Origin: Nitrospirota bacterium
GTDB taxonomy: Bacteria; Nitrospirota; UBA9217
DNA: 64,000 nucleotides
Assembly: GCA_963737155.1 (NCBI GenBank)
Contig: CAVTRN010000002.1
Coordinates: 168,287-232,286, forward strand
Reading direction: 5' to 3'
Each line of letters begins with the position of its first letter. The first letter of the stretch is position 1. Below the pieces are notes generated by a model. It saw only the letters and a list, made by a program, of their open reading frames with translations. It had not been told where the DNA came from and made no database searches. Shown here in pieces: positions 46,656-54,921 of the stretch. A program made the translations under genes and the position numbers.

Positions 46656-47123
46656 TTACAATTTAACCTTGAGTTTCTCCAGGATCTGGAGTGTTTTACT
46701 GTCGTGTTCTCCATGGAAATACTTATCGAGAACAAGGACAAACGGGGAGCCCGGATCGGATACAAACGCAAAAAGCGTCATCGATGATTTAAGCTTAAAG
46801 TCGTCAGGGTATCCAAATATTTCCGAAACAGATCGTCCCTTAATGGACAAAACTGTTTCCGTGCATTCTGTCAACCTGGAACCCAGAATAGGGTGGTCCA
46901 GGTATTTTCGAGCTTCTTCTATGCTTTTTATTGTGTAGTATTGTGTAGTTGGACTGTGTCCCAACCCATCGATCTGCGGGAATATGAACCACATCCAATG
47001 CGTTCGTTTCGTTCCGCTTTTTAACTCTGCGAGAACATCTTTATAAACTTCGTCTTGTGCATTTACGAAGCGACTCAAGCCAAAAGGGTCTTCACGGCAG
47101 ATCGTATCATTTGCTTTAAACAT
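46656..47123 (-). CDS. DUF1810 family protein
   Basis: Started at ATG 47123 (GGAGAT SD). LSRFVNAQDEVYKDVLAELKSGTKRTHWMWFIFPQIDGLGHSPTTQYY...DDFKLKSSMTLF is the DUF1810 signature. Confidence 0.85.
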   Translation of the reverse strand: MFKANDTICREDPFGLSRFVNAQDEVYKDVLAELKSGTKRTHWMWFIFPQIDGLGHSPTTQYYTIKSIEEARKYLDHPILGSRLTECTETVLSIKGRSVSEIFGYPDDFKLKSSMTLFAFVSDPGSPFVLVLDKYFHGEHDSKTLQILEKLKVKL

Positions 47124-47176
47124 AGCTATCTCCAATTTGCTTCATTCTTATTTACTTGAGAGTACCGTGTTCTCGG

Positions 47177-47500
47177 TCATTTTATCTGACTTTGGTTGTC
47201 TAAATCCATTTTTATCTTTGAGTGCTCGATAGCAAGCGCGATCCACTTTTCGACCAACTTTTTAAACTTATTGTAAGTCTTGATTTGTTCTTTTATCTCA
47301 GCGACATGGTGCGCTCTGACATAGTTGGTCTTGCTTTTCATCTTGTGAGTATAGCTGAGTTGATAGAACTCCCATTTCTTTTCCTCGGCGTTCCGGTACT
47401 GCTTGGTCAGTGAACCGGGCCGCAACTCTCCGATTCCCATCAGCTCCCGTTTGATTCCCTCAATCTGTTGTCCAATCCTCACAAGTCTTTTGTCCGTCAT
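47177..47500 (-). CDS. DUF6788-like protein
   Basis: IGELRPGSLTKQYRN...FYQLSYTHKMKSKTNYV...IKTYNKFKKLVEKWIALAIEH fits my recollection of the DUF6788 pattern. Confidence 0.55.
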   Translation of the reverse strand: MTDKRLVRIGQQIEGIKRELMGIGELRPGSLTKQYRNAEEKKWEFYQLSYTHKMKSKTNYVRAHHVAEIKEQIKTYNKFKKLVEKWIALAIEHSKIKMDLDNQSQIK

Positions 47501-47563
47501 AACGGCTCCTCTTCGCCTATTTTACCAGATTGCGACCTGCATGCAATGCTTTCTATCATAGTT

Positions 47564-47581
47564 ATAGCATATATATGCTAT
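47564..47581. promoter_or_regulatory. 18-bp perfect palindrome ATAGCATATATATGCTAT in the divergent intergenic region
   Basis: It is centred between the 47500 (minus) and 47614 (plus) start codons. Confidence 0.45.
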
Positions 47582-47613
47582 GAAAACATAAATTCATTGT
47601 GCAGGAGGTGGTC

Positions 47614-48894
47614 ATGGACCTTTGGCTTCGATGGATGACGGTTGTGCGGGAGTTGCGGCCTGCCTGTTCACGCATGAGGACGTTTCTGTGGCTGTCGCTA
47701 TGCCTTGTCGGTATGTGTATTCGGCCGAATCTTGCCGGCGTCACCAGCATCGTAAGAGCCATCGGCCTTCAAGTAGTCTTGTATGACAAGCTCCTCGACT
47801 TCTTCCATTCACCGGCGCTCGATATTGACGCGCTTATCCGCCTAGGGGCCAATACCGTGGTCGGCATATGTTCTGGAGTCATGAAGAAAAACGACCGGTT
47901 GCTGCTCGTTGGAGATGGATTGAAGGCGCCAAAGTCTGGCAAAAAGGTGCCCGCTGTTAAGCTCCTCCATCAGGAATCGGATTCCAATACCAAGCCGGAG
48001 TATATCATGGGGCATGCCACGCAAGCGGTCGCAATCTTAGTCGGCGCGCTCAGGACCGTATTCGCCGTCCCTCTTAAAAGCCGTATCCATGAGGGAGTTG
48101 TCTTTTCCAACAGGAACAAGCTCACCCTGCTTGATAAGATGGTCCTGATGACCGAGGCTCTCGATCTTCCAGCGTTTTACTTTATCGCCGACTCGTATTA
48201 TTCCGCGCGGAAGGTTATAGCCGCGCTTCTTCAGAAGGGCAACCACCTCGTCTCTCAGGTGAGGATGAATGCCGTTGCCTATATGCCGGCTGGTGCGCAT
48301 GCGGGCACGAGAAGGAAAAGACGGCCAAAGGTGTATGGAAAGAAGGTAATACTGAGAACCCTTTTTGACGACCCTGCTGCCATGTGCGAGGCGGAAAGCC
48401 CGGTCTATGGAGAGAAAAAAGTTTTGTTGAAGTATCGCTGTGCTGATCTTCTGTTTAAAAGAATCGGCATCAGTGTGCGGTTCGTAGCCGTGAATCATCC
48501 AAACCGGGGACGGTGCATCCTGCTTTCCACAGACCTGTTCTTGTCACCTCTTGAGTTTATCGCCCTGTACGGTCTCCGCTTTAAAATTGAGGTCTCGTTC
48601 AAGCAGGCTGTCAGGACAATTGGCGCGTATGCCTATCACTTCTGGATGAAAAACATGACGCCGATTCGAAAATCCTCTGGCGATCAGTATCTCCATAGAA
48701 AGACCGATGCATACCGAACTGCGGTCAGAAGAAAACTCGATGCCTACCACAGGTTTATTCAGATCGGGCTTATCGCCCAAGGGCTTCTTCAATATCTTTT
48801 GATCTGTGTCCCCGAACTTGTATGGGCCAAGTTCGGCTCCTGGCTCCGCACCATTCGCCCTGGCATTCTCCCTACGGTTACGTCCCTCAACTGA
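47614..48894 (+). CDS. DDE transposase (IS4/IS701-like superfamily, family unresolved)
   Basis: Started at ATG 47614 (AGGAGG SD). ...LLLVGDGLKAPKSGKKVPAVKLLHQESDSNTKPEYIMGH...FYFIADSYY...RFKIEVSFKQAVRTIGAYAYHFW has a DDE-transposase flavour. Confidence 0.7.
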   Translation: MDLWLRWMTVVRELRPACSRMRTFLWLSLCLVGMCIRPNLAGVTSIVRAIGLQVVLYDKLLDFFHSPALDIDALIRLGANTVVGICSGVMKKNDRLLLVGDGLKAPKSGKKVPAVKLLHQESDSNTKPEYIMGHATQAVAILVGALRTVFAVPLKSRIHEGVVFSNRNKLTLLDKMVLMTEALDLPAFYFIADSYYSARKVIAALLQKGNHLVSQVRMNAVAYMPAGAHAGTRRKRRPKVYGKKVILRTLFDDPAAMCEAESPVYGEKKVLLKYRCADLLFKRIGISVRFVAVNHPNRGRCILLSTDLFLSPLEFIALYGLRFKIEVSFKQAVRTIGAYAYHFWMKNMTPIRKSSGDQYLHRKTDAYRTAVRRKLDAYHRFIQIGLIAQGLLQYLLICVPELVWAKFGSWLRTIRPGILPTVTSLN

Positions 48895-49463
48895 GCAACT
48901 TGTTACCGGAAATTCTGCTAAGTTCATCCAAAGAGGCTGCCTTCACGATATTCCTGTCCGAAAGAATCGATTTCAAGTTAAACAATCCCTTGGGAAAGGT
49001 GGCGTAGATGGGTTTGAAGGGGACAAAACCGTTCTCTCAAGTTGCAGAAAGCGCAAAAAAGGCGATCGGCCTTTAGTATTACCGCTTTTTGTGACAGAAA
49101 TAGAATCTCTACGTGATACTTCCGTGACCTTCTTATATGTATACATGTTATAATGTATTCATGATCAGACCCATCCAAGATAAATTTTCAACTTGCTCGC
49201 ATTAGATAGCATTTTGATTTTAAGGTCATATAGCGCTACAATTTTTAAAGTTGAAATTGCCAATTATTGAGCTTTATAAGCACTTTTATAGACAATTCGC
49301 CGGCAGAAGCGTTACTCTTTTCTCTTGGACAGCATATTATGGTTATGGGAACCTCGTTCCGATATCGTAGTGTTGTCATCGAAAAGTCAATATGTTAGCC
49401 CGTCCAAAATGCTATTTTTCACTTATCTTGGACATTAGTGATTCATGATATAGAAAAAAAGCA

Positions 49464-49549
49464 ACCTTACGGAGTTAAGGTGCAGTAAATAGGAATTAAA
49501 TGAAAAAGGAGGTGATATAAAAAGAAAATCAATCTTACGAAGTTAAGGT
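49464..49549 (+). promoter_or_regulatory. two copies of an 18-bp palindromic box upstream of the Met-rich protein gene
   Basis: ACCTTACGGAGTTAAGGT (49464-49481) and ATCTTACGAAGTTAAGGT (49532-49549), 68 bp apart, 100-185 nt upstream of ATG 49649. Confidence 0.4.
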
Positions 49550-49648
49550 TTGGAAAATTGTCAGTGGGTCTTAAATTTTTTCCATCTATTATGGCGGGTA
49601 TCTAAAAACAAGTTTTAAATTCAGTAACCAATCAAAGGAGGATTTACA

Positions 49649-50128
49649 ATGAAAAAGACATTTGCATTAGTTACAGCCGTTATCTCCTTCACAGTCCTGA
49701 TGCTCTCTATCGGGGTCAATGTAGCTCAAGCGCAAGGAAATGGTGTAACGGTTTTTCCAAAAGAGGAGGAAGAAGTGATGACTAAGTCATGCAATATGGT
49801 CATGGATAAGGGGCAGATGATACATGACGCGGGCATGATGATGAAAAAAGGCACGATGGATAATGCCACGATGATGAAACAGGGTGACATGATGATGACA
49901 GAGGGCGACAGGATGATGAAAGAGGGCGACGTTATGTCAAAACAGGGCAATATGTTGATGAACAACGGAAAGATGATGATGAAGAACGGGAAGATGATGA
50001 TGGAAGGTAAAATGGATAAAGCTATGATGATGAAAGAGGGCGATAAGATGGTGAAAGCAGGCAGTAAGACGAAAGAGGCAGGCAAGAATGGCATTACGAT
50101 TTTTACTGGCACGGCACCAACTGATTAG
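49649..50128 (+). CDS. secreted methionine-rich repeat protein (MxKDx-repeat-like)
   Basis: Signal peptide ending VAQAQG. The mature part is dominated by repeats such as MMMKKGTM, MMKQGDMMMTEGDRMMKEGDVM and NNGKMMMKNGKMMMEGKM. AAAGGAGG SD. Confidence 0.75.
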   Translation: MKKTFALVTAVISFTVLMLSIGVNVAQAQGNGVTVFPKEEEEVMTKSCNMVMDKGQMIHDAGMMMKKGTMDNATMMKQGDMMMTEGDRMMKEGDVMSKQGNMLMNNGKMMMKNGKMMMEGKMDKAMMMKEGDKMVKAGSKTKEAGKNGITIFTGTAPTD

Positions 50129-50328
50129 CAGCCTCTCAAGTTCATCAATGGAAAGTTATTTCGTTCATTTCCTGACGGAGCTAAAAGGTCTTCATTCTGT
50201 AAGTATGGATGTAAAAAAATGATAGACTAACAAAGGGTCTCCTGGAAATACAGGTCTTCGGGACCTAGACTCGCAGGATATGAAGGAAGAAACGGTGTCA
50301 TGATTACAACGCATTGAGATATACAAGA

Positions 50329-50365
50329 GAGCCTTTTGGTCCCTTTCGAAAGGCTCGCTTTTTTT
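50329..50365 (+). terminator. rho-independent terminator
   Basis: GAGCCTTT (50329-50336) / AAAGGCTC (50349-50356), followed by GCTTTTTTT. Confidence 0.6.
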
Positions 50366-50584
50366 ACCATGCTTCTTCACTTTTTTACTACCCAGTTGGC
50401 AACGAGAATCTGCACGATCTACTTACGCTTCGTCGGCGTTTTTTCCCTCTGGCCGAACAACCGCAGGATTCCCGTTTCTTGAGTTCTGTCATGATCTTGA
50501 CACATAATGTTTTGACTGGTAATCGTTGGAGTTTCAATCTATCCAAACCTGCGTACTTGTAGGTGAATCAGATATTCATATAAT

Positions 50585-50617
50585 ATTAGCGAGGGTGCAG
50601 AATTCATTTTGTATCAT
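50585..50617 (+). repeat. 33-nt repeat, copy 2 (ATTAGCGAGGGTGCAGAATTCATTTTGTATCAT)
   Basis: 29/33 identical to 43319-43351. It lies about 100 nt upstream of the IS110-like stub. Confidence 0.6.
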
Positions 50618-50714
50618 GATAATCATATAAAGGGCACCTCCGAGCATACCAGAATATTTTACATTCTGATGTGCTCTTGGAAAGAAACGCCAATTCCATT
50701 CCAGGAGGTGCTTT

Positions 50715-51098
50715 ATGAGATTGTGCCTAGGTATCGATCTACATTTAAGTAATAGTTATTCGGGTATCATCGATGAAAATGGCAAGAGAGTGTTCAAGAG
50801 GAAGCTGCCGAATGATCCGGAGAAGTTTCTGGATGCATGGATCAAACGAACGATGTATTCCCGGATCGAACCCATGAAAAAGGTAGCCCGAACGCTCCGA
50901 GATCACAAAGATCTGGTGTTGAACTGGTTTCGGGCAAAAGGGGCTGTATCCGGTGGTATGGTCGAGGGCTTAAACCTCAAAGCGAAATTGACTATGAGAA
51001 AAGCATATGGTTCTCGGAACGTAGAAACGCTACAAGTAGCTTTATATTATACACTTGGTAAGCTACTGGAACCGAAAATCTGGCACATATTCTGCTGA
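50715..51098 (+). pseudogene. chimeric ORF: IS110-family N-terminal stub fused to an ISL3-family transposase C-terminus
   Basis: Residues 1-42 (MRLCLGIDLHLSNSYSGIIDENGKRVFKRKLPNDPEKFLDAW) are IS110-like. The rest (RIEPMKKVARTLRDHKDLVLNWFRAKGAVSGGMVEGLNLKAKLTMRKAYGSRNVETLQVALYYTLGKL) is the ISL3 C-terminal signature. Junction is near 50841. Confidence 0.7.
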
Positions 51099-51302
51099 GG
51101 AGCCGAAAATCCTCATCGGTAACGACAACCGGGAAGATAAAAAGATGATATAATATGATGGAGAAAATGTCATGAGGCATTGGAAGCTGGGGAAGCGTTT
51201 GAAAGTCTACTTATGGTCGACAGAAATACTCCGGGCATGTTACTATCAGACACCCTTATGCCCATGATGAATTTCTTCGAATTTTCTGGAAGGTGATTAC
51301 TG

Positions 51303-51890
51303 ATGCGATCATTCATGATCTATGTGACGGTTTTGCTCTTTGCATCCGTTCTGTATGCCGGTGAGACACAGTTTACCGTCCCCATCGATGATTCGCCGAC
51401 AACCGGTCCCGTAAGCGCGCCGGTGACCATCATCGAGTTCCTCGATTTCCAATGACCACATTGCGTGGCGGCCGGTCCGACCGTCAAAAAGATCATGGAT
51501 GTTTACAAAGGAAAAGTGAGACTCGTTATCAAAAACTATCCTTATATCTACCGTGATTATTCCTATCTTGCCGCAGAGGCATCGCTTGCGGCGCGGGATC
51601 AGGGTAAATACTGGGAGATGCATGACCTGCTGCTGAAAAGTTCGCCAAAGCTCGATCGGGACAGTCTTGTCAAGTATGCGCGGGAGCTGGGACTTGATGT
51701 GCAAAAATTCACTGAGGCCGTCGACGGTAATAAACACTTAGCAGAAATCGAGCGCGACGAGAAACTCGCAGTTGACATGGACTTGTTCAATACGCCGACG
51801 TTTTTCATCAACGGCCGCAAGGTTATAGGAGAGCGGCCTTTCACATATTTCAAGAAAATCATCGACGAGGAATTGAGCGTTCCACGGTAA
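51303..51890 (+). CDS. periplasmic DsbA-like thiol:disulfide oxidoreductase with in-frame TGA (candidate Sec) in a U-P-H-C motif
   Basis: ATG 51303 (AAGGTGA SD), signal peptide, then ...IIEFLDFQ-TGA(51453-51455)-PHC..., in frame with track ORF 51465..51890 (thioredoxin fold, ...NTPTFFINGRKV). Confidence 0.6.
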
Positions 51891-53012
51891 ATGAAAGTTT
51901 TCAGCTCAGCGTTCATTATCGGAAAAAATAATCTCAGGGAATCTCCCATGCTGCCACGATTGATCGTGTTAACAGGAATATCGCTTTTCGTTATTACGTT
52001 TAATACTGCAGTGGCCGGCAACTTCGAACCGTTCGTGTCCGTTCCTGTCCCAGAGCAGAATCCCCAAACGTCAGACAAAATCGAGCTCGGCAAGATGCTT
52101 TTTTTCGATCGGCGCCTCTCGGGAGACGGCACCATGAACTGCGCGACCTGCCATGACCCCGAAAAAGCTTTTACCGACGGTCTCGATATATCCCTCAGCT
52201 ATCCCACGACGAAAAACTGGAGAAACTCGCCGACGCTCGTTAACGTGGCCTTCCAGAAGTATCTTTTCTACGACGGCCGCGCGTTGAGCCTTGAGGACCA
52301 GGCGCTTTTCCCCATGATGTCCGCTTTCGAGATGAATCGAAATCTTGACTTTTTAGAGGAAGTAATCCGCTCGGTGCCCGAGTATGTCAACGCCTTTAAA
52401 AAGGTGTTCAATGGAGAGCCGACGCGTGAAAGGATTGCCATGGCCATAGCCTCCTTTGAGCGTACGATCATATCCGTGAATACGCCACTTGACCGTTATT
52501 TGAAAGGTGATAAAAACGCGCTTTCCGATGACGCCAAGAAAGGGCTTGTGATTTTTATGGGAAAAGGCCGGTGCGGGGAATGCCACTACGGAGTAAACCT
52601 GTGTGATGATAAATTTCATGCTCTGGGTGTGCCGGAGAACCCGGAACACCTGTCGGACCCCCAGATAGCCGTAACGCGCCGGTTTGTTGCCAAAATTAAT
52701 CGTTATGAAGAATATCGCACTCTGGCGGAGGATCTAGGCAGATACCTGGTAACGAAGGACAAGAAAGACTGGAAGGCCTTCAGGACGCCGACGCTTCGAG
52801 AGGTAGGAAAGACCGCCCCCTATATGCATAACGGAATTTTCTCGACGCTCGACGAGGTGATCGAATTCTTTGACAGAGGAGGTGGCAAGGACAACACTGT
52901 GCTTAAGCCTCTGGGGTTGACGGATAAGGAAAAAAAATATCTTAAAACATTCCTTGTCGAAGGACTGGCAGGCTTGACGGAGAAATATCATTACCCTAGG
53001 GTGCCGCAATAA
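51891..53012 (+). CDS. di-haem cytochrome c peroxidase (CCP/MauG family)
   Basis: Two CxxCH motifs (CATCHDP, CGECHYG) and FRTPTLREVGKTAPYMHNGIFSTLDEVIEFFDRGGG. ATG 51891 directly abuts the upstream TAA. ATG 51948 is an alternative start giving a cleaner signal peptide. Confidence 0.9.
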   Translation: MKVFSSAFIIGKNNLRESPMLPRLIVLTGISLFVITFNTAVAGNFEPFVSVPVPEQNPQTSDKIELGKMLFFDRRLSGDGTMNCATCHDPEKAFTDGLDISLSYPTTKNWRNSPTLVNVAFQKYLFYDGRALSLEDQALFPMMSAFEMNRNLDFLEEVIRSVPEYVNAFKKVFNGEPTRERIAMAIASFERTIISVNTPLDRYLKGDKNALSDDAKKGLVIFMGKGRCGECHYGVNLCDDKFHALGVPENPEHLSDPQIAVTRRFVAKINRYEEYRTLAEDLGRYLVTKDKKDWKAFRTPTLREVGKTAPYMHNGIFSTLDEVIEFFDRGGGKDNTVLKPLGLTDKEKKYLKTFLVEGLAGLTEKYHYPRVPQ

Positions 53013-53503
53013 CAGGACAAAAAGTATTCGACGGTTTCATAAACATATCCCGAAGCAATGTGTTGTTCAAACTCCAGATTGACCTCCATGTTATGTCTTT
53101 GCCCCGATTTCTAATTATCAAAAAAAGATAATCATATAATAACGATAATCGGCTCTTTCGCTGAATCTGGGCCACTAAAAGAAGGATAAGTACAAAAGAC
53201 TTAGAAGAGGAAGTTAACTTTTTTTGATGACTGTATCACAAGGTGCAGAATGCAAAAAGTTATTTTCATAGCGAAAGTACAGAAATTTCACTTCTCCACT
53301 TTCCTTACTTTAAAATGCCTGATATAATCCGTCAATGAAACCACCTCCCGATAACCCCCATCCTTTTTTTATCCCGTTTCAAGTATATGCCAAAGATATC
53401 TATCTTACCAATACCGACGCAAAGCTTTATTTCAGTCCAATTATCTCTGTAGCACCATGTCTCAGAATGGGTATTCCGGGAACACAATAAGGAGAATCAT
53501 GGT

Positions 53504-54061
53504 ATGTTATGTCCTTCATGCAAAGAAGAGATCCAGGCTGGTGCTATTATGTGCAAGCACTGCGGAAGAATGCTAAGTGCAGGTTCGAGCGTGGCTCAAC
53601 TTAGCACAGTGCCAAAACAAACACAATCATTTCAAACTAAATTCAGTTTGTTGCCAAATGAAAAATTAATTATTGATGGGGTTATGACCTACAAGAAAAG
53701 CACTTTTGGAAATTACATTTGCTCGTGCTATTTGACTAATCAAAGGTTAGTTGTGTGTGGCTTTGGTTTTAAAGGTGTCGCATTGCTTGGTCCCATTGCA
53801 CAATTCATTCCATTGTTTATTAAATTAAAGAGCATTGCGTTTCAAATTCCGTGGGTCAATCTCTCAAGTCTGCAAAAAGGTAAACATGGCTTGGCGGATA
53901 AGCTAACATTTAATACGAATAATGGGGAAGAATATATACTAGTTATAGGCGCAAAAAAAGACCTATGGTATTCAGCATTAAAAAAAGTAACCGGTATCAA
54001 CCTTAAACATAATGGGTCAATTGCTCATCGTGTACGTAAAAACTTTACTAAAATGTCATAA
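53504..54061 (+). CDS. zinc-ribbon plus PH/GRAM-like domain hypothetical protein
   Basis: N-terminal CPSC-x12-CKHC zinc ribbon. The rest resembles bacterial PH-like domains (YICSCYLTNQRLVVCG). AAGGAG SD. Confidence 0.55.
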   Translation: MLCPSCKEEIQAGAIMCKHCGRMLSAGSSVAQLSTVPKQTQSFQTKFSLLPNEKLIIDGVMTYKKSTFGNYICSCYLTNQRLVVCGFGFKGVALLGPIAQFIPLFIKLKSIAFQIPWVNLSSLQKGKHGLADKLTFNTNNGEEYILVIGAKKDLWYSALKKVTGINLKHNGSIAHRVRKNFTKMS

Positions 54062-54921
54062 AACAGGCTCTGATAGCGAATATTATCATTGAAAACTGGC
54101 TGAAAAAATAGACAGTCCGTTTTATACAAAGCGCTTTATCTTTCAAAGATATTTTCGGATAGAAAGGATAGGCTGGGAGTGCATAATTCAATTAGTAAAT
54201 GAGTATCGTAGTGAGGGAAATGGTTTTATCAACCTACAATCATGCATAGTCAATTTTGTGACAAGGGCATAGATTACTGAATGAAACTTACACCATGGCA
54301 CAAACATTGGGATTGTTTTGTAGTGAGATGATCGGGGTGGTAAAAGTAGAAATTAACTCAAGTATCCGACAGGGATTGCCGGCCGACTAATAACACCGCT
54401 GCTCTCACCAGGATAAATCCCGTAATTTCTTTCATTGACGTTAACAGTCCTGCGGCAGGTTTTCATGAAATCCGTAAATCCCAACGAGTCGGAAGGTCTT
54501 CGGCGCAGTCTCCGGGGCCAGGCGACTTGCCACTACGCCGAGGTTGCACAGTTCGTAGATGGCTCAGGCAGCGGTTTTCTCGAGAAAGTTTCATCGAGCA
54601 TCTCTACCTATTTCAAGCACAGGATGGCTTGAATCTATTTGGGAGCATCCTTGCGAATCGGCAGGGGATGCAGAATTTTGACAAAGACAATATCGGGCCT
54701 CTTAGCGATGATCTGCTCTTTGGAGTTTCTATATTCGGCTTAAGGTAAATCTGCACGGCATTTCTAGCTACAATGTCACCCCCAGCATGTCCCGCACTCC
54801 CCTCTTTCTAAAAAGTCGGCACGTAAAAAGGCCACTCACTCGAAACGAAGAGCATTAAAATCACTAAGGAAATTCGAAAATATAAAATAATTATTTAGCA
54901 TCTCGATTGCGTTTGTCACCG

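Larger units (their letters stand above)
47154..49042 (+). mobile_element. two-gene IS element (DUF6788-like gene divergent from a DDE transposase)
   Basis: Imperfect terminal inverted repeats ACTTGAGAGTACCGTGTT (47154-47171) and AAAACCGTTCTCTCAAGT (49025-49042), 15/18 matching. No clear target duplication. Confidence 0.55.

Noticed and set aside
54062-54070. AACAGGCTC 9-mer identical to the IS1182 inverted-repeat core
   Set aside because: A single 9-mer match is expected by chance in 64 kb on two strands.
54440-54760. Minus-strand frames resembling a WecB/TagA/CpsF glycosyltransferase C-terminus (…PDIVFVKILHPLP…WPRRLRRRP…)
   Set aside because: Multiple stops and frameshifts, and the similarity is too weak to call even a pseudogene.
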